In this document: in pieces, positions 40,770 to 55,136 of the stretch | Layout: every line of letters begins with the position of its first letter | Position numbering within the stretch: the first letter of the stretch is position 1 | DNA from: Octopus sinensis | Lineage: Eukaryota | Direction: 5' to 3' | NCBI RefSeq assembly: GCF_006345805.1 | Contig: NC_042997.1 | Coordinates: 142,724,001-142,788,000 of the forward strand | DNA length: 64,000 bases | The notes under the pieces: generated by a model | Seen by the model: the letters and a program-made list of their open reading frames with translations, nothing else | The model's database searches: none | What the model was told of the DNA's origin: nothing | Program-made: the position numbers and the translations under genes

Positions 40770-43622
40770 CATCAAAATGTATATATATTTCATCCTTTCT
40801 CTTTGCTTTGACTCTTTGTAAAATAAACAAAAATACAAAACATCTATTGAAAGTGTGTGTATGTGTATGAGAGAAAGAGAAATGAGATTGTATACATATT
40901 GCTTGTCAATACTTGTTAGCAATCATACATCTTTCAGTTTATATTATAGGTACATATTTATAACTAGGTGCAGTATGGCCAAATGGTTAAGAAGTTCACT
41001 TTACAACATGATCCCGAGTTCATAGCATCTTGAGCAAATGTTATTTTTTATAGCCTTCATTCAACCTATACATTGTGAATGAAACTGGGGGCATACATAA
41101 AATCCATCTGGTGGATATTGCCTGTAATTTACAAACAAGTACAGCTTTGTCACATTGTTTCATGCTGATTCTGTCTGATAGTTATCTTAATAGTAGACAT
41201 ATGTGTAGAATGCTCAACCACTTACATATTAATTCAGGAATATTTCAGTTTGATCAAACAACTGAATCCTCATTGGTGAATGATAGAAATATATGATATC
41301 ATACATGTTTATATATTTCATAATTTGTCCAGAGTTATTGCAGGACTGCTTCAAGGTTAGGTTCTTTATTTCATTAAAATTGAAATTTTGGAGTTGTCTT
41401 CTCCTGTCTTTACTACTACTATCATTATTATTATTGTTGTTATTGTGTGTATGTGTTTTTGTATATGTGTATGCATAATAACCCACAAATAAAGAATATT
41501 CATCCACTGAATGCAGTGTTGAACATTCATTCTTACTGTTCAGTACTATCGCGTGTGTGTGTTTGCAGAGGAACCAGAATTAGTAATTTAGAAAATTATT
41601 ATTTTCGTCATTAAGGGTGGTGTTACGTTAATTGAAAAATGCTTTTTAGCACCAACATCATGTACCCACTTTATTTGTTATTAGTAGACTTGAGTATAAT
41701 TCAGAAAAATAATCATAAAATTAACTGAATATTGTATTCACAAAAAAGGCTGCTATTGTTTGAAATAAAATGAAGTCACTACTCTGTAGCAACTACAATA
41801 AAATGGGTATTGTTCCTTAAATAATATCTAAGTTTATTTCCATAATAATAAATTTATCTCCATAATTTCAATGATTATAACAAAAATAATTTTTTCTTTT
41901 AATATCTTGTAAATACAGAATTTTTATATTTCTGAGTCAGGAAATTTTATATGAATTTAAGTTTAGGTGGAATTGACTAAAAGAAGGTCCAAGAATACAA
42001 TTAAATCATAGATTTGTGTTTAATTGTTTCTTTCCAGTAACTTCTTTGCCATTTCGTTTCCTTTTTACATCACCAATTCTAGAAAGTTCCTTATTATACT
42101 TTTCTATATAAAGTATCTCCACTTGCCTCTTTTCTTAAATTGATTTTTTTTTTTCATCTGAACTAATTTTGCCAATTTATTAGCACTCAGTGAGCATGCA
42201 GATTTCTTTCTTAGAATCCACCACATATAATCTATGCATGCAAGCAAGACACTCAATGCATGCTTTCTGCAAACTATTTGTAACATATAAAATATTAAAA
42301 AATATCTATTGTTTTATGAAATGGCATTGGTGGGAGAGTAATCAGCTAAATTGAAGAATCATCAACTTGTTTTAATGTGAAACTATTGTCTATTATTTGA
42401 AATGTGTGATATAAAATGTTGTTGATGATGATGGTGTATTGTTTATGATGCTGATATTGCTCTTGTCTTTGTCTGAAGTTCTTTAATGTTAGATATTTTT
42501 CAAACTTTATTATTATTATTTTCTTAATTATTAATATTCAAATGATTTCAATGCATAATTTATGTAAAAAAAAATATATATTTCCTGCATGTGACTATGT
42601 AACAATTTAATGCAAGTATTACATTATACAAGGTAATATATTTCTATTTCAAAACTTGATGATAATAATTAAATAGTTTTGCTCGCATTCTAGAATGTTG
42701 AGTGAATCTTTAAAACTAATTCAACATAATCCTCTTAAAACATCCAACTAATATGTTCTTTACATGCCATTCGATAATAATTCCTTGTTTCTCATGATCG
42801 TTCTCTCTTATCTTTACCTAAATACTCTCATCAGTTTTAGCTGTTTTCAGTGTCTGCATTTATTTATTTATTTATCTTTTCACATTTTGATCTATTACTA
42901 CTGTCCCTTGAAATGATTCTTCATGCTACATCATTTTATCACCATGAATGAGGATACACTACTCTACAATGTACACTACTGTCAATAGAATATAGTTTGC
43001 AGTAAACTACACTGCAATATTATATCGTTATATTGTATCCATTCTTAATGGCTGAGGTTTCATTCTCTCCTGTACTTTAACAGTTTTTAGCAATGTTCAG
43101 CAAAGCTTAAATAGGTGTTCTTCTATTTAGATTTTAATAAAACTAGGTCCATCTCAAAGCATCAAGAAGAATGAATTAGTTGAATTTGTTCTTTTAGCAG
43201 AAATAATTAAATGAAATTCTCCATGGACTTTGAAATTACTTATTAATAAGTATTACAAGATTTATTGTTTATACCAATATTATTAATTTATGTCATAAAA
43301 ATTCAGAAACTTTCAGAGATGTGAAATTATTTGTAGATAAACCTATGAATAATAGTATTTGAATTTTGGGCTAAAAATCCCTTTGGACAGGAAAAGTCAA
43401 AAGCAGTGAGCTGGCAGTATCATTAGTGTTGGGAAAATACTTTGCGGTATTTCTACTAGCTCTTTACATTCTTTGTAAAATTCTACTCAAGGTCAATTTT
43501 GCCTTTCATCTTTTCGGGCTTGATAAAATAAGTATCAGTTGAGCATTGAGGTTGTTGTAATTAATGAACCACCTCACCCTAAAATAGCTGGCTTTGTGCC
43601 AAAATTCAAAACCATTATATTT

Positions 43623-43990
43623 AGCACCATTCAAGCATGGTTGATGCCAGTGCCATCAGACTGGCTTCCATGCTGGTAGCACATAAAAAGCACCATACGA
43701 GCATGGTCAATACTAGTGGCATGTAAAAAGCACCATTCAAGCATGGCTGATGCCAGTGCTTCCTGATTAGCTCCCATGTCAGTGGCACATAAAAAGCACC
43801 ATCCAAGTGTGTTCAATGCCAGTGCTGCCTGACTGGCCCCATGCCAGTGGCAAGTGAAAAGCACCTACTGCAATCTTGGAGTGGTTCGTATTAGGAAGGG
43901 CATCCAGCTGTAGAAACCTTGCCAGATCAGATTGGAGACTGGTGCAGACTCCTGGCTTGCCAGTCCTCAAAATGTCCAACCCATGCCAAC
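43623..43990 (+). mobile_element. RTE-tailed SINE-like element with about 4 internal units, degenerate
   Basis: Repeated TAAAAAGCACCAT...GATGCCAGTG followed by TTAGGAAGGGCATCCAGCTGTAGAAAC. Confidence 0.8.
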
Positions 43991-45280
43991 AACAGTTTTG
44001 GCATGGTTATGAAACATTAAATTTATAAAAGAAATGAGAATTTGTTATGTTAATGATTTTTATAAGACACTAGTAAAGTAAGTGAATTATTTCTAAGTTT
44101 GAAGCAAAACCAAGACAGTCATAACTTGCAGTAGGCGTGATAAGTAATTGTAATTAAGATTATCTTTTTAATGAAGTCTTCATTATAAGAAACTGCCATT
44201 CTACCAACAAGGTAACAACAGAATAGTTTTCTCTTTAATTTAATGATACTAACCGCATCTTTGGACAAAAAAATGTATTTTTGTTACACTTAAGTATATA
44301 TTCTCATAGTAGTGGAAATAAAAGAAGTGATTTTATTTACTATATCAAATGAAATAAAACTCTTGTGAGTCAATATTCCATAGTTCTGTAGCCAATAAAT
44401 GTCTAAAACTATTGTAAAATAATATTCGTGAATTACTAACTCAACTCATATTAACATGCTACTAAGACTAATTGATTCCATACTACACATATCTGAAAAT
44501 AGTGATTTTAAACACAAAATTAATTGTGATGGCAAGAGAATAATTAATTTTGATAATGTTTAATCAATGAAGAATTGAAACCAAATGTCATTGTAGATTC
44601 TAACTGAAAGACGTCAGCAATATGTTTTATTAATATTTTTGACTCATTTACATATCATCATGAATTTAAACTGCAATGAAAAATTCAGACATCTTTAATA
44701 CTCTTTTGATATTAGCTGCTTGCTTACTATATACTGGAATTGCTATGCAGGGCAAATAGAGTAATGTGTCTTGTTCAACATGCAAGCTGTATGATTTTAG
44801 TTTAGTGTCTCAATTTTTCCACTACAACATATCTAAAAACTAAATTGTATGTTATTTGCCTTAAATAAGATGTTTTATTCCAACTACACTTACAGTTGGT
44901 AGTTCTGAGCTGGCTGAGTTGTTAGCACACCAGGCAAAATGCTTAGTTTAAATTCTGAGTTCAAATTCTGCTGAGGTCAACTTTACCTTTCATCTTTTCA
45001 GGGTCAGTAAAATAAGTGCCAGCTAAGCATTGGGGAAGATGTTATCAACTTACCTCTTCCCTTAAAATTGCTGACTAGGTGCCAAATTTTTATCATCATC
45101 ATCATATTTTAATTCTCAGAGTTCTCAATCTTACTTGCTCTAGTTGATTCTGTGAGAGTGAAGAGCAACCTGTTGTCAAAGGTCTCACAGGTTCTCTTTC
45201 CACAAACTATAAGCTTTGTTACCTCGATGTTAACTTGTCGTGGAAGACACTCAACACCCATTGTTGTTCTTATTATTATT

Positions 45281-45703
45281 GAGTGAGAGAGCAATGCATG
45301 GCATCAAAGTGACACTGGGGTAAAATATACGAAGCCCAGTATACTCTACCTGTCTGATAAGGGTACACCAGACACATGCAGCACAACCATATGTGTGCGA
45401 CACAGTGATCTCATATCAAGATAAACAGCACATGACCTTGCAGGTGGGGCCCAGTTAGAATTTTCTTCAAGTCAAGTAGCCTATTCCATTCAAAAGGTCC
45501 CTGAATAAGGGTTGTTTAAGGATGTTGAATGAAACACCCATGTTTCCAGAGGTGAATTATTCAAACCCTGAAGAATTCCTCTCAACACATAGCTATGATG
45601 CTCCCCCACTATTTCTGCTCATGATCAGAGATGCACATATCATCAGCCACCAAGGGACATACTGAACTGGATAAGGTCAAACAAGTGACAAACAAATCTG
45701 TGG
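45281..45703. mobile_element. ~540-bp element copy 3, truncated at its right end
   Basis: Starts ATTATT/GAGTGAGAGAGC like copy 2 and stops after AAATCTGTGG, then TTATTGTCATTATT. Confidence 0.85.
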
Positions 45704-45999
45704 TTATTGTCATTATTATTCCAAGCCAAATTATTGAAAATTTTATCAACATAGAATCCATGATTAGGCATATATTACTCCAGTTTGATCATTTAGTGTG
45801 TGACTAAAGAGAAATTCCCCCCTATGTTGTATGACTCTAATCTCTCATTACTGTCAGTCTGTATGCTGAAGGTTTTTAGCATACTTCATTCTCTATAAGG
45901 AATTGGTATTGAAAATAAATAAAGTAATCAATAACATTAAGTTTCACCATATTCCACTCTCACTAAACAAAACACATTGCAAAACATGTTAGATCACAT

Positions 46000-46216
46000 T
46001 ATAATTATTTCAGATTTTTGCCACAAGGGCAACTTGTGGGGGGGAGATGAGTCGATTACATTGACCCCTGTGTTCAACTGGTACTTATTTTATCAACCCC
46101 CAAAAGATGAAAGGCAAAGTCAAGCCTGGCAGAATTTGAACTCAGAACATAACAACAGGTGAAATACCGCTAATCATTTCGTCCAGTGTGCTAACAATTC
46201 TGTCAGCTCACCGCCT
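46000..46216 (-). mobile_element. tRNA-headed SINE copy
   Basis: AAAGATGAAAGGCAAAGTC...AATTTGAACTCAGAAC...TGTCAGCTCACCGCC. Confidence 0.8.
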
Positions 46217-46598
46217 TACTAGATTATATAATAATGTTCAACAAAACGTCATTTGTACTAATACTAACTACTACTACTACTGCTGCTATTGTTACTGCTA
46301 CTAATACTCCTACAGCTCTTATATGCTTTTGGTATTTTTCTTTCTAAATGTTAACAGTATCATGCACTAATTTGTAAAATGCATAGGAATGGGAATTTTA
46401 TAAAACATGCTATTTAAGCAAGAGTAAATTACTTATGAGTTTAGAGATTTATTATATGAGAGTTTGTGTTACTATATTATTAACATAATTTTTTTTAATT
46501 ATTAAAAATGTGAGGTAATGGATATCTTTATAGTTATTACTTAAATCTATTATAAGTGTGAGTAATTTGTACAATATATGTGTGTTTATGTGCGTGTG

Positions 46599-46636
<38 letters not shown>

Positions 46637-49600
46637 TATTTCTTGTGTGTACAGATAGATGTATGACTGCTACAAGTGAATTTAGAGCTTCACATAGAGT
46701 TCCATTACCTACTCTTCCTTACTTAACAGAATTATCAGTTACAATATACAGACCAAATCATACTTTTACTTTTATATATATAGAATATATATACATATAT
46801 ATGAGATACAACAGCTTCTATTTTATGCACATATAGATTTTAAAAAATAACTTCAGACCAGTTTCACATTGGTTTGATAATATTTTCTATCAGTTTCTCA
46901 GCTTCAGAGTAGAGGCAGAAGACGCATCAGAACTTCTTTTTCTTAATGAAGTAGTAAGAAAGTTTATCAGAACTTTTGGACTCTTCTATAAAAATCATCA
47001 GGGTTGGTTATAGGGGCTTTATTTTGCTAATATATCATTTTTTTGTAGTTCTGGAGGAGATTTCACTATTTACTCATAAGAGTTTCAATCTCAAGTGTTA
47101 GGTGAGAGAACATTAGTGTGTTACCCTCGTCATTGACTATATGTTTTAGTTTATGAAGATTTTATGGTAAGATCAGGGCCATCATAACAGCATTACAAAC
47201 TTCTGGGCAAAGCAATTCAATATGGCCCCTCTACACACAACCTTGGTGTGCATAGATTAGCATGAGTTCCCTAGATCTGTGATCTCCTGAGCAATGGCTC
47301 AATTTGCCCTTACCTTGAGATACCAGTAAGATGAGAAGAAAGAAGACTTTCAGGATACCTAAACAACTCACCTACCAAGATGGGTATGAGATGTTTTGGC
47401 ACAACTATTTTGGTGCCACCTATTTGGCATTCCTGATTCAATGCCTACATATTTGGCATCAGGCATTTAATGTTTCTCTTGTCTTAATATTCTTCTTTTC
47501 TTTCTTTCAACATATTTTTCTTTGTGCATGGAGAGGGAGAAAAGTGTTTATGTCAATTATATTCAATTAATAAATTGTAATCTTTCTCTCCCTCTCTCTC
47601 TCACACTCTTTTAAACTGTATGTGTATATTTCTGCACATGTTTGCCTCCAACACCAATAAAGTACTGTCACCAAAATAAGCCAAATGTTCAGTCGAGCAT
47701 ACCAAATGATAAGTGTCCGAACAGCTGCACCCACCCAATCACTTCATTCCATACTAAGATATACATACATATCAACCATCACATAGAACTAGTTCACATC
47801 TATATCTCTCTAAAGAGAGTGACAAAAAATATGCGTATTTTTTAATGGTGTCAAATTTAATAATAATAATAATAATAATAATAATATAATGAGCTTGTTA
47901 TAAACCATACTCAGGTGAAAGGGGTAAGAGAGGGAACAGAAAGCAGCAATTAGTCAAGTAAAGAAAGACAGCAGTGAAAGATAAAAGTGCATCCACAGTA
48001 CATAGAATAAAACATGAAAAGACAGAAAAGTGAATGATGTAATTTTTAAGTAACATTCTTGCTTTTGATAAAAATATAGTGTTTGAAATTAACATATGAT
48101 CTCCCACTTTCTTTTATGTACAAGTTCTATGTTAAGGATACACACATTTATAGCTTATTACATATTTCCTTTGATGTTACACATCAAAAATAAGCTACAA
48201 CTTGTACATAACCAGTATTTTACAAAGGAATTAGGTCACTAGTTGGGAACTGTGATTCATTTTAGAATTACCAGAATGTGAATGTTTGAATGTATTTATG
48301 ACCTGTCGCAGGCCTAATCCATCAAACCTTATACAAGATGGTATAATTATACTAGACTTTTTCTGCAGTTCATCTGCTTCGGTGTGATGTTTGAATTCCA
48401 ATAAAAAATACTGAAAAAAGTTAATGAAACACTAACTCTTTTATACTTAGGCAAATCATACAAAAACTTATATAATTATCTACATAACCATTCTATCTTA
48501 CTTTTTAAGTAACAACAGTTTAGATTGATAGTTTTTGAAAGAAACGTATTGAATGGGAACCATCATCCTTTCTTATTTCTCTAAGAATCATTTTACATGC
48601 TGTGGTCAATAATAGTTAATTTTCTATCATCTCAACAACACATTAATCATATCATCATGATAGATGATTGGTTTCCATTCCTTTATCAGACTTCTTGTTT
48701 CTTTTTTTTTTTCTAATCACTTTCCAAACAGAAGTTGATAATTCTTTTTAAATTTCAGTCAGTTAATTCACTTCACTTTCTTATTTTCTGTCCTTCACTA
48801 CCTCCATTATTTCTGGATATAAGGCGCAAATCCAGCATAGCCAGCATTGGTGCCTCCTTGTAAGTACCATCTCTATCACTTGTCTTTCCAAAACCCTTCA
48901 TCCTCCCAACTCTTTTCTCTTTTTTTTTCTTTTTGTTTCTGTTTTCTAAGTCATGTATCCCTATGAAAATATACCCCTTGATGTCTTATATCTGTTTGTT
49001 TGGAATTTTGCAAGTTTCATTCCATTCTCTGTGTTTTAGAGTGTATTTTAAGTAATTTTGGCATCTAAGTGTGTGGGTGTGTGTGTGTGTGTGTATGTGT
49101 GCATGTGTGTGTGTGTTTGCATGTGTGTGTGTACTGGTACATACACACACTCAGAAATCAAAATTAATAGTGGTTAGTCAAGTAAACATGTGTATGTCTT
49201 TGCTTGCATATAAAATTAGACCTAGCTTCTCTTTTTCTTTTTTTGTGTGTGGGTGTGTGTGCATTTATATTACAATTTACTTCAGTAATTGTTCAATATT
49301 CTTGTTCTAATTCTATAGAGTTCATAAACTGCCCAACTCTCATCCATGTCTTCCTAACATCGTATCATGGTTTCTCCTCCTTATTACATATCAAGGTCAA
49401 TTTGATTAATTGTTACCTGACTATTTCTCTCAAAATCCAATTATTGCCTGTGAAGTTCAAAACTAATCAAGCATCTTTCCTCTTGTTTCTTATTTTATAT
49501 CAACCTAAATCCTGTTGACATCATGAATTCCTTTTTTTTTTTCCTTTTCACAAACATCTTGCTCCACAGTTCCATTTATTCATACTATTAAGTTTGTACC

Positions 49601-51605
49601 TACTACCAGTCATATCACACTGTGTTATGCTGATTCCATCTGTAAATTATATTAATAGTACATGTGTCTGTAGGAATTTTAACCGCATACATGTTGATGC
49701 AGTGAGCCTGGTGGTTCACTTGATCTAACAACTGAAATTCGTGGCTGGAAATCCTGATGTGAGACCCATTACAATGAGACATTATAATGATAATTTAAGT
49801 AACCCTTTTAATACATCTGAGACCCAAGACGATCTTTAGTAATATGATATATATAGGTGTGTGTGTATATACATATATATCTAAATTAAAACTTATTTTG
49901 ATAATTAGTGTAAGAGCTCTTTGGTAAGATAATGTTCTGAACACCAGTTTGATATAAAAAGAAATAAAACAGCTAATTGCAGTATGGAAAATTCATGTTA
50001 GCCATATTACAAACAATAAATGTTTAAGTTAACAGCTATAGTATGTTTCTGAACGGCTAACATTTGATCATTTTAGCTTCAACACACTGTTTCAGACCAA
50101 AACACTCTCCGTGCAAGGACATCTCTGTAACAGTTAATTATTTGACTAAATCTCTCCATTATTTTTATTGTTTTCAAAACAAATTGAAACATTTTTATTA
50201 AAAATATGATCATGAAAGTGTTAAAACACTTTCTGCAATAGCGAAAGTTACTTCTCCAGAGTTGTTTATAGCTGAATATTATTGGTTGAAAATAAAGTTA
50301 CAATAATGTCTAGTACCATCTCATCTCCATCCCCTTATCCAAAGTATTCCAGCTTTAGCCTCACAAATTAAATAGGAATGGTTTTTCAGATCTTTTATGT
50401 AAACAATAACCTTCCCGCTTCTAATGAATATGAGTGATAACATCTAAGCCTTTTTAAGCCTAATTTTCTATATTTATAATTTCACTGAAACTTCTTTGTA
50501 GATGGATTGATGTGTGTGCCCCAGTATGGCCACAGTCTAATGACTGAAGCAAGTAAAAGATAAAAGCTATTTGTATATATACACACACACACACACATAC
50601 ATTTGTAACATTTGTATGTATATATATATATGTGTGTGTGTGTGTATATATATATTTGTATATATGTATGTGTGTGATGATGATGATATGTATATATATT
50701 TGTATGTATGCATATATGTGTATGTATGTATGAACACTAAATTCAGATATGATACATTGAAATGGATTTGCACTGAATGATCTCTGCATAACATTTACTT
50801 TATTTACCATGGGAAAATGGTAAATGTTTCTTTTGTGAAAACAAAACTAATTTATGATCACTTATTTTTAGTCAAGTATTACGAGATCTGTAGGATATTT
50901 TTACAGTTTGATCTTGATTTGAAGCTACTGTTCACAGCATTAAAGAATATATTATTCTCCTAATCTTATTATCTTCATTATTTCATCATTGTTTGAGAAA
51001 ACATGGTTGTTTGTTTTTTTATGTCCATAATTTATTTTTCATAAAACAATACATTAATACTCCCATGACATTAGTATAGGAATAATTTTCATCTCCAACT
51101 TGTTCCTACTAGTTTCACTGGTGTGTGTATTTTCTTTTTATTCCATTTCCATTTGATTTATAAAATAGTTATTTTAATTGTCACTAAATTACCATAACCC
51201 ATTGAAATTACGAAAACTTTCTTATCACAGAGACTTCATCCTTTGGACACTCTGTTAGAGTGTTAAGTCAAATTCGACCCTTTTCTTTCTTTCTTTCTTT
51301 CTTCTTATACTCTTTTAATATCTGGATATCTTAAATTTGATATAAACAACAACTTCCTGAAATATTGTTGAACATTTATAGAACACTAAAATAAAGGGAA
51401 AGTAATTTGTAGAAACTATGTATCTTAGATTTACAGTCTGATTTGTATATCCTTAAAAAAGCATTTCCAAAACCTCAAGCATGATATATTGGGTTATTTG
51501 TGTGCGCAAGTTCATTTATCCAGATTACAACACATACTAGGCTAAAGTGTTACCTGGGAGTTTGAAAATCATTAGGGCACAAACGAAATTGTTAAATTCA
51601 AGATT

Positions 51606-52075
51606 TATGAGGTCTGATCAAAAAAATATCGGGATTGTTATTATGGTAATGGAGCTAAAGTATGCAGAATGAAGCTGCTTGGCACAGATTGACCTTGAAC
51701 TCTGTCATGCATGCACACTGAGTTATAACATTCTTGCTCTTGCTTGGTAGTAAAGTGTGTAGAGCATAATCATCTAAAAAAAAATTATTGGGTTTCAGCA
51801 GTGCAGGATCTCATTGATTGTATCAAGAAAGACAAAAACTTATTGAAAATAGTCATAATGGGTGATGAGTCATGGGTCTGTGACTAATGACCTTGAAACC
51901 AAGGCAAAAATCAAATCCCACTTGAAAGGAACAAGATTTCAAGACATCAAGGAAATCCAAGAGAATGGAATGAAGTTACTACTCACTATCCCCAAAAAAT
52001 GAGTTCCAGTAATATTTCCAATCCATGGAAATATTATTGGAACGTTACTAAGACCTTTGACAATATACCATGCGT
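51606..52075 (+). mobile_element. Internally deleted mariner element
   Basis: TIR-like start TATGAGGTCTGATCAAAAA; translations LLKIVIMGDESWV and KSHLKGTRFQDIKEIQEN match mariner GDETW and C-terminal motifs. Confidence 0.8.
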
Positions 52076-52078
52076 GAA

Positions 52079-52435
52079 AGGCGGTGAGCTGGCAAAAATG
52101 TTAGCATGCCGGGTGAAATGCTTAGCGGTATATAGTCTGTCTTTATGTTCTGAGTTCAAATTCCACCAAGGTCGACTTTGCCTTTCATCCTTTCAGGGGT
52201 TGATAAATTAAGTACCAGTTGCATACTGGGGTCAATACAATCAACTTCCCCCCCAAAAAAAAAATGTTGGCCCTTGTGCCAAGAGTAGAAAAGAATATTA
52301 TATTAAGCAGTAAGTTGGCAGATTTATTAGAGCATTTGATTGAATCTGTTGTGGTAGTAATTCTGACGTGCTGTGCTCTGAGTTCAAATCCTGACAGGTT
52401 CAACTTTGCCTGTCTTCCTTTCAAGCTTGATAGTA
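52079..52435 (+). mobile_element. Well-preserved tRNA-headed SINE plus a degenerate second copy
   Basis: GGCGGTGAGCTGGCAAAAATG...GAGTTCAAATTCC...GCCTTTCATCCTTTCAGGGGTTGATAAATTAAGTACCAG. Confidence 0.85.
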
Positions 52436-54477
52436 AAGTAGGTGTTGCAGTGGCTGTGTGGTAAGAAGCTTGCTTCCCACCACACAGTTCAGTTTCTGTC
52501 TATTTAATTCACTCAAGGCTTTGGTCATCTCAGGGCTGTAGCAGAAGACTAACTAAGGTGCCACATAATGAGATGGAATCTGATTGAGAATCAAACTTCT
52601 TACCACACAGCCACACCTAATATATTAACAAATATAGAAACCAAAATTTAATAAGCAGCAATGTAAAATTTCATTGTTTTTATAACAATTAGGAGGAATT
52701 CATTCCTATGTAGAAGATGTTGACTTAAAATACATTTATTTACAATAGAACTAAAGGAACAGAATTGTAAGTCTGACACTCATTCTATGAATAATTTATA
52801 TTAAATTTAATAAATTCTAAAAGATCAACAATATGGAAATTGTCTATTGTCAGTTTGTGTAATCCATTATGACTACAACACCTGGGATAGCTCTTCTAGA
52901 TTTTTCCCTTCAATTCTTCTTAAATGCATAAGGAATATTGATTAGTGTATTTATTTACAAGCCGCTAACATACTGATTGATGAATCTTATTCAGTATAAT
53001 GTGAAACTCGTCTGCTGTTTCTCACATCTGAAAATCTTGGTTTTCTCCTGATTCAGTGGTTCCTCCATGTTGATATTCTCAGACGAGACAAGCAGGAACA
53101 AAGATAGCAACAAAATACTGGCTGTAGGTATGATTGTTGTTGCATCTTGTATTCTTTGTATTTTTCTTCAACTTCCTTTTGTCAGAAAAGGTCGGCTTCA
53201 GTAGTGATAGAGTTGGAATAGATCTGGCCTTAGTTTCTCACAATTTTGTCTAAATTTTAGCCATTTTGGGGGTTGACCTCAGCTGGTCTTTTTAATGGCA
53301 AAGAAGACATCATAGAGATCTTTTACTGGTGATTAAATCGCTAGAAAGAATTTGACGAGGAAATCTCTCTTCATTCTAACTACATCCTGACCACCACCAC
53401 CTCTTCTATAGCCCAGGTTTCATGGTGGTGGATTCTATGCTTTGGCTGTTGGTTTTTCATAGACAGCATTGTTGGTTATGTAACCCTCCCATTTTGATGT
53501 TTAAAATTACACAGGGCCTTCCTGGATTGAAATGCTCTAGCTTTTTTTTTATTTTTTTTTATTTTGATACTCCAACAATGAATTACCCAGTATGAGATTA
53601 TATGGAAAAAAATTTTTTTATGCTATCAACTTATAATTAAAAGTTTACTTAGAAGAGAGGTTAATCAATATCTATCCTACAGATTAGTCCCTAATTCAGA
53701 TAGCGCCCTCATCTTAGATTGTCTTGCATCTTGTAAGTTTAAAATAATTTTAGAAACATATTTGTACATTAAAGGAACAAAGTCAAAATAGTCCTAAGTT
53801 TTGCTTTAACCTACCTGCTATGGTTGTAATGGCAATAAAAGAATTTATCTATGCTCTAAAAGTTATTCAGAAACTAAAAGTTTTATTATGATCTCAGTTC
53901 TTATTTATTACAAAACCAGTCACACCTGGTTTTCTTTTATATTTTGGAGTGTGTGACTCTGCTGCTACATTGTACCATATATGTGGTAATTTTTTAATTT
54001 CTTAAAATACAGTGATTTTCTTTTTAAATTCATTCAAAATTCTTATATTATCATATTAAGTAAGCATAAAGAACCATCATTAATTACCAAAATGCAGATT
54101 ATAAAACAAGTAGAAGGAGAGAAAAGAAAAGTGTTGTTGGGAAATTATACATTGCTCTGTCTAGTTGAATAACAATAAGGAATCAATTTAACTCAAAAGA
54201 AGTTGCCAGGTGAAATTCAAGCAAGTGTAACATGTCTTAACTAGCATGAGCACACATTAAAATTATTGTAAATGTGGAGAAAATATTAAGTATTTAGGTG
54301 GTTGTATGTAACAGTGTTATTCACCACAATCTCAGGTTATCTAGAAAAAGACTTCAAATTTATACAAAGGAAGAAGCCGAGGATGTTGCTAAAATATACA
54401 TTGCTTCTTATGGATTAAAATCAAAGATGATCAGTAATGCAATATTTATTTTCTGTTTCATATTTTTACTTGTTGTA

Positions 54478-54878
54478 CAGTAACCGCCTGCTATATCGCA
54501 GTTCACCTATCACACCCTCAGTACATCATGGATTTTCTGGCCAATAGATATTTATCTTTTTTAGATTTTATTTCTGTGGTAAAATAAGCATTTTCACGCC
54601 TATAAATTAATAAATCAAAATACAGTACAGTACTGCACTGTATAACACATTAATTAAAATATATTAAAAGAAAATATGTAGTGTACCATAGATGAGCAAA
54701 CAAAGAATTGTACATACTGTATAGAAAATGAAACTTGCATTTATAATAAAATAATTATATACAAATTAGAAAAACAATAAAAACGATACACAGTACAGTA
54801 CTGTTTCTATTTGGCAGATTTTCAACTATCACGGGGTGGTTTTGGAACATAACACCTGTGATATTCAAGGGATTACTG
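54478..54878. mobile_element. Tigger/pogo-type non-autonomous element (MITE)
   Basis: Starts CAGTAA and ends TTACTG with imperfect ~24-bp terminal inverted repeats and TA on both sides (54476-77, 54879-80). Confidence 0.75.
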
Positions 54879-55136
54879 TATAAATGAAAGAAAATTTATC
54901 TTTGACTGAAATACATATAATTTTGTTGAAAAGACGTCTTTTCTTTTTGTAAGTAAATGTATTGTAGGTCTATTCAGTTTTAAATAAGCAGGTATTTTTT
55001 TCAATGATTAAAATAGCTTATCTGCAAAATACTATTTTACCTTTCCCTGATTATAAAATTGTGAAAGAAGTGAAACATTAATTAATCTTGGTATTCATGT
55101 CTGTGTGTGTTTGTGTGTGTACCTAGATGTACTGAG

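Noticed and set aside
52800-53500. Possible RTE 5' region remnant on the minus strand
   Set aside because: Only a vague GKNLEEL similarity; too decayed to support.
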